IMG/VR virus record: IMGVR_UViG_3300036861_000805
Coordinates: 22,758-86,757 of that record
From: a virus
Length of the DNA: 64,000 nucleotides
Reading direction: 5' to 3' (one strand)
A program made the translations under genes and the position numbers. Below are positions 56,284 to 64,000 of this stretch, piece by piece. Each line of letters starts with the position of its first letter. The first letter of the stretch is position 1. The notes beneath the pieces were generated by a model, which worked only from the letters and a program-made list of their open reading frames with translations, was not told where the DNA came from and ran no database searches.

Positions 56284-56493
56284 CCCCTAGCGACAAGAGC
56301 TTGGAGGCGCGGGTGCTGCGTGAGCGCGTGACGGGCAAGTATTTCGTTCGTTATGACCGGGATTGGTCCAATGCTCGGTTCTATTGACGAGGCAGCCATC
56401 TTTTCGACGCCTTATTCCGCGATGCAAAGTCCAGCATGGTCATTTCCGCTGACTGTCTTTGAACTCGCCATCCCCCAGGAGCGGGAGGAATGA
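56280..56493 (+). pseudogene. Apparently frameshifted small gene (1 extra T near 56351)
   Basis: GTG...KYFVR continues as MTGIGPMLGSIDEAAIFS...EREE* in the +1 frame; its stop overlaps ATG 56490. Confidence 0.55.
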
Positions 56494-57248
56494 AGCTTGT
56501 CGCCTCAGTCATTGCCAAAGACGAGATGGATCGCTACCTCCGATTAGCGATCGAGCACCTGCTCACCTTCTGCGACGAGATCCGGGTGCTCGATGATGGT
56601 TCGACAGACGGCACTTTCGAGTGGCTCGGCGGACTCCGCGAGCCCGTACTCGTGAAGCGGAATCCGGGCCCCGCTTTCTACGAATACGAGTCGAAAGCAC
56701 GCCAGAACCTCCTCGAGTGGACGATGCGAGCCGACCCCGACTTCGTGCTCTCGATCGACGCCGATGAATTCGTCAGTCATCCAGATACGATCCGTCTTCT
56801 CGCGGACCAAGGCCGCAATCCCGTGTACACACTGGATATGGAAGAGGTTTGGGCCTGCGACGCGCAGCACCTGCACATTCGCGTCGACGGGATGTGGAAA
56901 AGCCGTCTCTGCCCGATTCTCTGGCGAGCTCCCGGGACGTGGACGAGGGAATGGGACATACCCGACCGCAAGCTCGCCTGCGGTCGGGAGCCGGCCATCG
57001 TTCGCCGCACCAGGTTCAAGCGCTCCGGCAGCTCGGTCTTTCATTTCGGCTGGGCACAGCGCGCAGAACGACAACGCAGAGCCGAGCGTTACTTCGAGCA
57101 CGACAAGGGCAAGTTCCACGCCGATCGACACCTGCAGTCGATTCTCTGGGACGACGCGCGCGTACATATGCAGCCGCGACCCTGGCCCGCGGGTTTGTCG
57201 GACTTTGCCGCTAATCTCGCTGACCGTGCGCAAGCGGCCAGGACCTGA
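56490..57248 (+). CDS. GT2 glycosyltransferase
   Basis: KDE...L; LDDGSTDGT; IDADE; HFG. Confidence 0.9.
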   Translation: MKLVASVIAKDEMDRYLRLAIEHLLTFCDEIRVLDDGSTDGTFEWLGGLREPVLVKRNPGPAFYEYESKARQNLLEWTMRADPDFVLSIDADEFVSHPDTIRLLADQGRNPVYTLDMEEVWACDAQHLHIRVDGMWKSRLCPILWRAPGTWTREWDIPDRKLACGREPAIVRRTRFKRSGSSVFHFGWAQRAERQRRAERYFEHDKGKFHADRHLQSILWDDARVHMQPRPWPAGLSDFAANLADRAQAART

Positions 57249-57626
57249 GTGAACTTCGACCCCCTCCTCGCTGCGCCGCTCTGGCTGCATGTTCTGATCA
57301 TTGGAGCCGCGGCCTGGTCCACGTTTCAGCTCGTCGCCTTCGATGACATCCTCGACCGGCCGCGCCGCTATGTGTTGCGCATGGGGAAGGAATGGCAACC
57401 CGGGCTTGATCCCAAAACCAGACGACCGTACGAGGTCCCCGACGACTACCGGCTCGAGTTGGGGATCTTCGTCACCTGTCCCTACTGCGCGGGCTTCTGG
57501 ATCTGGGTCGCCTGGATCACTGCCTGGCTCGTGACATCCTGGACACTGATCCCGGCTCTCATCCTCGGCGGCCGCGCGCTGGTCGTTGCCGGCCACAAAT
57601 TGCTCGCGAAGGAGGAGGACAAATAG
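57249..57626 (+). CDS. DUF1360-like membrane protein
   Basis: L...D.I....R ... TCPYC.GFW; TM segments. Confidence 0.8.
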   Translation: MNFDPLLAAPLWLHVLIIGAAAWSTFQLVAFDDILDRPRRYVLRMGKEWQPGLDPKTRRPYEVPDDYRLELGIFVTCPYCAGFWIWVAWITAWLVTSWTLIPALILGGRALVVAGHKLLAKEEDK

Positions 57627-57676
57627 TGCGTCCTCCGATCATCGACGCCGATCCCGGCGACGAGGACGAAGACTTA

Positions 57677-58366
57677 TCAGGCTGATAAGCGCGCGCGTCG
57701 TCTCTCGCGAATCCAGAGATTGCGGCGGTTCGCGAACAGATGGTGATCTTCCTGCGGCGTCGAAAGGGCCTTCTTGTACGTCGCGTCCATCTTCCCCTTG
57801 TGCCAGAACGGATGCAGGTGCTCGACTCGCGAGTCCTTCGCGAACGCCCACTGACCCCGAGCCTTCGCCGTCTCCACGAGCTCGGTGTCGACCCACTGGT
57901 GCCGGTAACCCTCATGCAAGATCTTCCCGCGCTCGTCGACCGTCCCGTACTCGTCAATGTACGAGCGGCGAACGAGAGGATGGGTCGAATGTTTCCCGGC
58001 CATGACGGTTGCGTTCCCGAGGTCGTTCGTCCCGATGACGCCGGCGCCCGTACGCTCCGCCACTTCGAGTGCCGCGGTATCCCATCCCGAATGAAAGGCG
58101 AGATCGTCAGCTCCGAGAAGCACGAAGGGATCCTCTGAGAGCGTGAAACCGTAGTTGATCTTCCGCGCCCAGTCCCCGTGCCCCGCCTCCCACTCGACGA
58201 TCTGTACCTCCGCACCCGTGCGCTGACAGACGATGATCTCCTCTTCATCTCCCGGCGAGCAGAGGAAGATGACGCGTCTCGAGACGCTCGTCCCCACTCG
58301 AATCGAAGCCATTACCGGATGCGCGTTCTGCGGCCGCGCGAGGACGGGAATGAGAATGGTGATCAC
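57677..58366 (-). CDS. GT2 glycosyltransferase
   Basis: IP...RP; KIN.G; GADD..F..GW; Y.H...D.E; VEHLHP. Confidence 0.85.
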   Translation of the reverse strand: MITILIPVLARPQNAHPVMASIRVGTSVSRRVIFLCSPGDEEEIIVCQRTGAEVQIVEWEAGHGDWARKINYGFTLSEDPFVLLGADDLAFHSGWDTAALEVAERTGAGVIGTNDLGNATVMAGKHSTHPLVRRSYIDEYGTVDERGKILHEGYRHQWVDTELVETAKARGQWAFAKDSRVEHLHPFWHKGKMDATYKKALSTPQEDHHLFANRRNLWIRERRRARLSA

Positions 58367-58584
58367 GGCCGTGCCCGTCTCCGCTGACGCCGGCGCTTGA
58401 GCCAGGGGAAACGCTCGTTCTCGGCCTCCTCAATTGATGCCGCCGCGCGCACTCCGAACTGATCGGCCGTGCGATCGATGACGGGGAAAGAATCCTGGAA
58501 GGCTTGCGTCTCCCGCTTCCCGAGCACGCGGCGGGTGCGGAAGATGAGTTCCTCGAAGGACCCCTCGCGCGGCTTCTCGGCCAT
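58363..58584 (-). CDS. Hypothetical protein
   Basis: Coupled to TerL and GT2. Confidence 0.6.
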   Translation of the reverse strand: MAEKPREGSFEELIFRTRRVLGKRETQAFQDSFPVIDRTADQFGVRAAASIEEAENERFPWLKRRRQRRRARP

Positions 58585-60170
58585 CAGGCGACTCGCCGCT
58601 GGCGAAAGATTGTGCCCACACGCCCAGCCTTCACGAGCCGTCCGCGCAGATAGTTCATCGCCTGTGAGTAGGCGTCGACGTCATCGTCATGAGCTGCGTT
58701 CGGGAAGGTAGCGCAGGACTCGATGAACTCCGAAATCTCCGCGGAAATGACCTTCGCGGGCCCGAGCGACTCGTCCGCGCCACCGCCTAGTCCCGGCAGC
58801 CAGCAGTTTCCGGATTCGAGATCGTCCGACGCTGCCTCCGCGCGCATGACCTTGTCGCCGTCGCCCGAAGGATCGATCTTGGTGACGCCGGTCAGCTCCC
58901 GCTTGAGATCGACGATGAGCTCGACCCCGTAGCCGCGGTTCTCGATCAGGACTACGTGCCGCGCCCTCGGGAAGAGCTTGCGCACATAGGCCGCCTGCTC
59001 CTTGATCGCGCGCTTGCATTTCGAGTAGTTCATGTGATCGGTGCGAACGTCGAGCAGGTATCGATCCGCGCCTTTCACTCCCCAGGCCTGGATGGAGACG
59101 AGATCGTTCGACTCCTTGTCCTTGAGCGGCGTGTCGACGGTCTGGCAGACCATGTGGCAGCGTGGGCGACGGGTCTCGTCCTCCATCAGTCTCGGCGGAT
59201 AGAAGCGCCACCACGAGCGCATCAAGAGCTGCCCCTCCCGCGCCGCCGGTCGCTGCTGCTGCTGGCCCGCATAGCGATGTCGAAGCGACTTGCGAATCGC
59301 ATCCGAAACCTCATCCGGGCGATGAGTGGGCCAGAGCAGCTCACCATCGATCATCCGTGGATCCCCGCCTCCGAAAGTCGATCCCAGACTTTGGATGTCT
59401 TGGCGTTTCCCCCGCCAGGCATAGGGATGATTGTGCTCGAAACGTTCGGGCAGACAGAGCACCGTCCAGTCCTCGAGCCCGAGCACATAAGCAGCGAGAT
59501 CGTTCTCGTGCAGGCGCTGCATGATGATGATGCGCGCGTGATTCTCGTTCGTTCCCCGCGTGGAGACCGTTCCGTCGTACCAGATCTCGTTGACGTGTGT
59601 CAGGTTCGCTTTGGAAGTGGCCTCCGCCTGCTGCGCCGAGAGAGGATCGTCGATGAGGATACGGTCTCCATGTTCGCCCGTTCCCGTCGACTCCGGACTC
59701 GTCGCCAGGCGCGTGCCCCCTTGATCGTTCTCGAAGTAGTGCTCGGCGTCGCGGATTAGCGAGACTGGCCAACGCGCCTGATACCACTCGCTCGTGATCA
59801 GGTTGCGCGAGGTTGCTGCGAGACGGCCCGCGAGCCGCGTCTCGTAGCTCGCCCCCCAGTAGCGCATCCAGGGATTGAAGGTCCACTCCCAGGCGGGCCA
59901 AAGGACCGAGACCGTCAATGACTTCATGGAGACAGGCGGCACCCAGATCTGGAGGCGCTTGATCTCCCCTATCGACACTCCCACGAGGTGCTCGCAGATC
60001 GCATCGATGTGCCAGTTATGGGAGTAGATGACATTCTTTTTCACTTCCTTCCACGCCTCGCGCACGAAGTCGCGGAAGGAACCAGAGAGCCGCTCGGACT
60101 CCTCCATTGAGCGGCGCTCGTGGATCTCCCTGCGCAGGCGTTCCTTCAGTTCATCGACGCGATCGCTCAT
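58584..60170 (-). CDS. terL: Terminase large subunit
   Basis: NWHID; PPVSMKS Walker A; TG..GD..LIDDP; MQRLHE.DL; FPN.AHDD.VDA. Confidence 0.95.
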   Translation of the reverse strand: MSDRVDELKERLRREIHERRSMEESERLSGSFRDFVREAWKEVKKNVIYSHNWHIDAICEHLVGVSIGEIKRLQIWVPPVSMKSLTVSVLWPAWEWTFNPWMRYWGASYETRLAGRLAATSRNLITSEWYQARWPVSLIRDAEHYFENDQGGTRLATSPESTGTGEHGDRILIDDPLSAQQAEATSKANLTHVNEIWYDGTVSTRGTNENHARIIIMQRLHENDLAAYVLGLEDWTVLCLPERFEHNHPYAWRGKRQDIQSLGSTFGGGDPRMIDGELLWPTHRPDEVSDAIRKSLRHRYAGQQQQRPAAREGQLLMRSWWRFYPPRLMEDETRRPRCHMVCQTVDTPLKDKESNDLVSIQAWGVKGADRYLLDVRTDHMNYSKCKRAIKEQAAYVRKLFPRARHVVLIENRGYGVELIVDLKRELTGVTKIDPSGDGDKVMRAEAASDDLESGNCWLPGLGGGADESLGPAKVISAEISEFIESCATFPNAAHDDDVDAYSQAMNYLRGRLVKAGRVGTIFRQRRVA

Positions 60171-60358
60171 GCCGCGATCCTGTACGGCTCTTTCTCAAGC
60201 TCATCCGGCGCGACGAGCTCGAGGTGCCGGATCATATCCTGGGGATCCGGCCAGATGATGAGCGCGAGCGCCGCCTCTCCAGTGATGGCACCCATGCGAA
60301 CGAGCTTCTGAGCATGCGAAGCGAGTGTGGGAATCGAAACTCGCGCGAGATCATCCAT
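60167..60358 (-). CDS. Hypothetical protein
   Basis: Coupled ORF. Confidence 0.55.
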   Translation of the reverse strand: MDDLARVSIPTLASHAQKLVRMGAITGEAALALIIWPDPQDMIRHLELVAPDELEKEPYRIAA

Positions 60359-60548
60359 CGCGGACCTTGCGCAGCGCGCGCCAGGAGACGATATGCCGCT
60401 GACCGTTCTCGAACTCGACGAGACAGGAGTTCATGGTCGAACCCTTCGCGAGCACGCGACAGCGCCGTCCGTACAGATGCCGGCGCCGGTCGTTGTTGCG
60501 CCAGCGGTAGATACGGTCAAAAGGAGGATCATCTTCAATCGTCTGCAT
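60351..60548 (-). CDS. Small SH3-like protein
   Basis: GRRCRVLA.G.MNS.LVEFE.G....VS..ALR. Confidence 0.65.
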   Translation of the reverse strand: MQTIEDDPPFDRIYRWRNNDRRRHLYGRRCRVLAKGSTMNSCLVEFENGQRHIVSWRALRKVRDG

Positions 60549-61080
60549 CGAGCAGCTCGCCGTTCTCGTCTCGATGCAAAGGTAGGCCTCCATCTCTTCC
60601 TGGAGGTAGCTCTTCGATTTCTGCTTCCTCGATCTGTTCGGAGTCCATCCAGGCCAGTATCTGCTCGAGCTTATCGGTGGACAGCGTCTTGAAGACACGC
60701 TGGACGATGACGTCGACCGACACGTTGACGTCCTTCTCGCGCAGGACACGCCAGTCAGGGTCGTAGACCATGAGGAATTTCTCGAGCAGGCGATCGGAAT
60801 CGGTGAGAGCTCGCCGTTGGCCCTCGGCTCGAAGACGTTCGAGCCTGTTCTGCTCGAATTCAAGAGATCCGTTCGCCCGCTCGTAGGCGTTGTGAAAATC
60901 CCCATCGTAGAAAGGCGACTGCGGAGAACAGAGTGCGCGCCAGGGCCGCGGGGAGGAGAAACCCATCGAGTGTGCGGCTTCCTGGCGGTTCAGCCCCTGA
61001 TAGATGCGCTGCAGGAACTCGACCTTCTCGGCCTCGCTGATATCGGCCGCCGTGCGTTCCCTTTCCTCCATGGCCGCCAT
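60535..61080 (-). CDS. Terminase small subunit (putative)
   Basis: K..FL.....G....AA HTH; F..A...A; RRA..SDRLL; upstream of TerL. Confidence 0.7.
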   Translation of the reverse strand: MAAMEERERTAADISEAEKVEFLQRIYQGLNRQEAAHSMGFSSPRPWRALCSPQSPFYDGDFHNAYERANGSLEFEQNRLERLRAEGQRRALTDSDRLLEKFLMVYDPDWRVLREKDVNVSVDVIVQRVFKTLSTDKLEQILAWMDSEQIEEAEIEELPPGRDGGLPLHRDENGELLDADD

Positions 61081-61087
61081 GCGCGCG

Positions 61088-61093
61088 ATTGTA
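61088..61093 (-). promoter_or_regulatory. -10 box of a leaderless terminase transcript
   Basis: TACAAT 7 nt before ATG; no SD. Confidence 0.55.
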
Positions 61094-61186
61094 CGAGTCG
61101 GACGCGACGAACCGCGGGGGAGCGGCCAGCGGGATCCTTTCACTGACCGCCCCCTATGACCGTTCGCTCTATGCGCGTTGGTCTAG

Positions 61187-61260
61187 TGGCGCCGGCGGGA
61201 TTTGAACCCGCGACCTCCTGGTTATGAGCCAGGCGAGCTACCGGACTGCTCTACGGCGCA
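61187..61260 (-). tRNA. tRNA-Met(CAT), initiator-like; CCA not encoded
   Basis: Full cloverleaf; anticodon loop CTCATAA; U1xC72 mismatch; A11-U24; T-loop TTCAAAT. Confidence 0.92.
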
Positions 61261-61271
61261 ACCGGATCGTA

Positions 61272-61544
61272 CTACTCGTCCCGGCCGTAGGCCTGGTCGC
61301 GAGCGCGGCGGAGCGTCTTGATCAGATCGTTGATCCCGCGGCGATCGAGTGTCACGTACCAGCCGTACTGAGCCGGAATCGTGTTCTCAGGAAGCTCGTC
61401 TCCAGCCATGAAGACTTCGGCCATCGCCTCTTTCGTCGCGATCTGGAAGTAGCCGCTCTCCTGATCCCAGCGAACTTCTACGACGGACTGCTCGGGATGT
61501 TCCTCACCGAACGGCTTGTCGCCGTAGATCTTCTCCTTGGGCAT
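61272..61544 (-). CDS. Actinophage-type hypothetical protein (RRARDQAYGRDE C-terminus)
   Basis: AGGAGG SD; V.W...Q.AT...LDR.GIN.LI..LRRARD. Confidence 0.75.
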   Translation of the reverse strand: MPKEKIYGDKPFGEEHPEQSVVEVRWDQESGYFQIATKEAMAEVFMAGDELPENTIPAQYGWYVTLDRRGINDLIKTLRRARDQAYGRDE

Positions 61545-61551
61545 CTCGCCC

Positions 61552-61597
61552 TCCTTGCTCGGCCCTTCACGGGCGACCCATCACGGGCTGAGCAGGA
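61552..61597 (-). ncRNA. Candidate cis-regulatory RNA: three-way junction with twin CCC-GUGAW-GGG hairpins
   Basis: UCCUGCUCAG[CCC GUGAU GGG]UCG[CCC GUGAA GGG]CCGAGCAAGGAG overlapping the SD. Confidence 0.6.
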
Positions 61598-61599
61598 TA

Positions 61600-61944
61600 T
61601 TACGCGTCCCGAAGGATGATATGGGTCATGTCCTCGGTGTTAGGACCAAAGGACAGATGGAGTTCGCATACCTGCTTATCGTTCTGGATCATTCCGCCGA
61701 TCTGCAGACCGTCGAGCACGGCCTTGGCATAGTTGTCGATGTCGCCAGTCAGCTTCCGTTTCGCACGAAATTCAATGGCGATAATGCAGGGTGCTCCGCC
61801 CATATCTGCATTCTGCGCCCGGCAGGTCCACGCGACAGCCTCCTCGTAGTTCCGTGTCCGCCGCGGCTTGAAGAAGCGGCCACGATTGGTGCGCACCCGC
61901 TCCCAGGCGACAGGCCGACCCGGAACCTCGAGTCGAATCTCCAT
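61600..61944 (-). CDS. rusA: RusA Holliday junction resolvase
   Basis: PG.PV...R.R; GDIDNYAKAVLDGL; ND.QV. Confidence 0.9.
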   Translation of the reverse strand: MEIRLEVPGRPVAWERVRTNRGRFFKPRRTRNYEEAVAWTCRAQNADMGGAPCIIAIEFRAKRKLTGDIDNYAKAVLDGLQIGGMIQNDKQVCELHLSFGPNTEDMTHIILRDA

Positions 61945-62159
61945 CACGTTCTCTTGAGTGTCCGGACTGCTTTGCGGTGAGCGCGGATGTGCTCGCGCGC
62001 CCACTTGGCTGCTGCCTCGTGATTCGCATCGGACGCGTGCCAGCCTCGCGCGGAGATCTCAACCGCCTCCTTCGCGATGCGAACGACCATGCCGCCCTCG
62101 TGATAGACGAAGTGGACCTCGTATCCGTCTTTCGTGACGATGATCTCATGCCCGCTCAT
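61944..62159 (-). CDS. Hypothetical protein
   Basis: Coupled ORF with SD. Confidence 0.6.
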   Translation of the reverse strand: MSGHEIIVTKDGYEVHFVYHEGGMVVRIAKEAVEISARGWHASDANHEAAAKWAREHIRAHRKAVRTLKRT

Positions 62160-62288
62160 CGCTGTCCCTCCTTCTTCGGAAGAGGAAAGCGCCCATGGCG
62201 GCGAAGAGCCCGCGCGATCGAGCGCGTGTGCTTGCCGGTCCCATCGGCGATATAGGCGAGTTTGCGGATGCGGCGGTTGCGTGCAGCC

Positions 62289-62552
62289 TTACCCATGTCT
62301 CTTCCTGCGCAGGCGTTCCATGCGCATCCCGAGCTCGATCCCAGCGACAGCCGCGCCGGCGATCGCATCGACCATGGTGTGCTCTTTCGCAGCGACGCCC
62401 TGCGCGCCCACTGCACCGATCACCTTCCCGAATTGGAATACACCTTGCGGATCGACGCTCTGAGCTGTGAACCATTTGTTGACGCTCTCAGCCGTCCCGA
62501 TGACACTCTCGGCCTTCGCGTGCAGATCGACCATATCCTGTTCGGTGATCAT
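62289..62552 (-). CDS. Hypothetical protein
   Basis: GGAGG SD before MITEQD. Confidence 0.6.
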   Translation of the reverse strand: MITEQDMVDLHAKAESVIGTAESVNKWFTAQSVDPQGVFQFGKVIGAVGAQGVAAKEHTMVDAIAGAAVAGIELGMRMERLRRKRHG

Positions 62553-62574
62553 TCGCGCCCCTCCGCGAACTCGC

Positions 62575-62901
62575 TCATGCTTGCTCCTCGAGTCTGACGG
62601 CGAGGGCGGTAAGGACGGGCTGCAACTCTTGCCATGTCGATCCTGCATAGAGGTCAGTACGTTCTGCCGCCTCCACCAGCGCGCGGATCTCGGGGAGGGC
62701 ATTGCGGAGGGCGGCGATCAGGCGAGCATCCTCGGGTGCAATGTCCATCGCAAGCGTCACCTCAGGATCATTCGTGGGGACGATGCCGATGACGGACGAC
62801 TCTCCATCCATCGGGTCATCGACCCTCCAAGGACCCGCCCATGCTTGCTCGTCCAGCTTCCGCAGCAGCTCAGAGGCGGTCGGAGGAACTCTGTCGCTCA
62901 T
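62575..62901 (-). CDS. Ead/Ea22-like protein
   Basis: GPW...DARLIAALRNALP. Confidence 0.7.
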   Translation of the reverse strand: MSDRVPPTASELLRKLDEQAWAGPWRVDDPMDGESSVIGIVPTNDPEVTLAMDIAPEDARLIAALRNALPEIRALVEAAERTDLYAGSTWQELQPVLTALAVRLEEQA

Positions 62902-63170
62902 GCTTGCTCCTCAAGTTTGGCGGAGAGGGCAGCCTCAGTTGAGCAGACCGGACACCACGCGGGCGGCATGTCGCAATGCGACGGCTCCTGTTCGTAATGA
63001 CGTGTCATTGCCGCCTCCACCAGCGCGCGGGTCTCGGGGAGGGCTTCGAGCAGGATCGTCTTACAACAAAGACCATGCCACGCGAACGCACCAAGAGGCC
63101 CCTCGATTTGTGAGCCTTCAAGCAGCGCCTCCTCCAACTCCCGCAGCAGCTCGGAGGCGGGCTTGCTCAT
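62898..63170 (-). CDS. Paralog sharing DNA blocks with 62575-62901
   Basis: ASELLR...ALPE.RALVEAA...LEEQA. Confidence 0.65.
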   Translation of the reverse strand: MSKPASELLRELEEALLEGSQIEGPLGAFAWHGLCCKTILLEALPETRALVEAAMTRHYEQEPSHCDMPPAWCPVCSTEAALSAKLEEQA

Positions 63171-63376
63171 GCCAAACCCTTTCGCTTAGCCTCCAGAATC
63201 TGTTCCCCGGAAGCACCGACTGCTCGCAGCATTCGTTCTCCATGCCGCGAGGGATCGAACTCGTCGCCTGTCTCTCTTTCGCGTTGATGTCTGAGCGCTT
63301 CGTATTGCGTGTATGTGAGCGGACCGTAGGTTCTAATGAACCACCAGTGCCCGCGTAGGCGATGGAAGAGCCTCAT
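63167..63376 (-). CDS. Hypothetical protein
   Basis: ATGA-coupled ORF. Confidence 0.5.
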   Translation of the reverse strand: MRLFHRLRGHWWFIRTYGPLTYTQYEALRHQRERETGDEFDPSRHGERMLRAVGASGEQILEAKRKGLA

Positions 63377-63741
63377 TGCGCCTCCAGCTCGGCGAGCTTG
63401 GCGAGGGCAGAGCGATTGTGAGCTGCCACTTCATTGGCACGAGGACGTGTATGACTGAGGTCGGGTTTTAGAAAGCGAATCAGCGAATCCGAGGCATCCA
63501 AAGCCTCCGCCATCTCAGCGCACAGCCGCGCGAGGTCGGGCGCGAGGGCGATGAGGCGGGCGTTCGGTTCCTCGATATTCGTTCCAAGACCGATTGCGGC
63601 CACGGCCTGCTCGCGCCCAGGAGCAAAGCCGAGAATCCAGCCCCAAGTCTCAGCACCTTCGTTCACGCGGTAGCCCCACGGCCCCGGCGTCGCCGCCTCA
63701 GCGAGTTCGCGCAGCTCCGAGGGGGTCATCGTGTGGCCCAT
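63373..63741 (-). CDS. Ead/Ea22-like protein
   Basis: LRELAEAATPGPW...NARLIALAP. Confidence 0.7.
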   Translation of the reverse strand: MGHTMTPSELRELAEAATPGPWGYRVNEGAETWGWILGFAPGREQAVAAIGLGTNIEEPNARLIALAPDLARLCAEMAEALDASDSLIRFLKPDLSHTRPRANEVAAHNRSALAKLAELEAQ

Positions 63742-63932
63742 TTCTCGATCTCGTTGGCGATCGCTGAGGCGGTTTGGCTAGCAACCGGGGTACTGCGCGC
63801 CGCCGTCAAGTGCAACCAGTTTATGAGCGCAACCACGGAGATGAAGTGAACGCCGTTACGAACGATCCCCGGCGCGCTCATCGGCGGCATGTCCACGACT
63901 TCGCCCTTTTTGCTCGCGCTCATCCCGAACAC
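63726..63932 (-). CDS. Hypothetical protein
   Basis: ORF at the window end, same orientation as neighbours. Confidence 0.45.
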   Translation of the reverse strand: MFGMSASKKGEVVDMPPMSAPGIVRNGVHFISVVALINWLHLTAARSTPVASQTASAIANEIEKWATR

Positions 63933-64000
63933 CTTTGTCGGTGTAGACAGATGAGAACAGGCTTCCCGCTCTCTGCCTGCGAGACGGTTACGCCTTTCAG

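Noticed and set aside
46635-58366. Glyco-operon as a DNA hypermodification cluster
   Set aside because: No base hydroxymethylase, TET/JBP, nucleotide kinase or DNA polymerase recognised in the window, and the placement among virion genes favours protein targets; not formally excluded
61187-61260. tRNA as a prophage attachment site or boundary
   Set aside because: Phage genes continue on both sides; no integrase or duplicated 3' end seen in the window
1-64000. Abundant TCGA and GATC words as a repeat or modification signal
   Set aside because: Explained by CTC/ATC/GTC-GAx codon pairs; not quantified, and no positional pattern seen

Overview
The whole window reads as a high-GC tailed phage (siphovirus-type) genome segment. 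The host is probably an actinobacterium; this is inferred from GC content, gene types and apparent leaderless promoters. No integrase or host flank is visible, and gene arms run off both ends. Layout: (1) 1-11.7 kb (+): recombination, replication and accessory genes, including an HTH replication initiator with internal 36-bp repeats, a DNA methyltransferase, an LmbU-like regulator, a HerA-like ATPase, an RLIG1/DUF5565-like ligase, an SLT/Rpf-like hydrolase and HNH nucleases. (2) 11.8-16.7 kb (-): an unusually complex lysis cassette. (3) 16.8-45.7 kb (-): methyltransferase/glycosyltransferase genes, then tail, tape measure and head genes resembling mycobacteriophage cluster-B-type hexamer/pentamer capsids, with two Thr-rich collagen fibres. 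(4) 45.8-57.6 kb (+): an opposite-strand operon rich in glycan-tailoring enzymes, lying between portal and terminase. (5) 57.7-64 kb (-): terminase, an initiator-like tRNA-Met, RusA and shuffled Ea22-like paralogs. Strongest novelty candidates: a dispersed virion glycosylation system (7 glycosyltransferases, 4 methyltransferases, a PIG-L deacetylase) with Thr-rich collagen targets; a segment-permuted papain-like protease next to a LuxR gene in the lysis cassette; a gene overprinted inside the HerA ATPase; and several structured RNA leaders. All product calls come from motif recognition by eye; no database searches were run.
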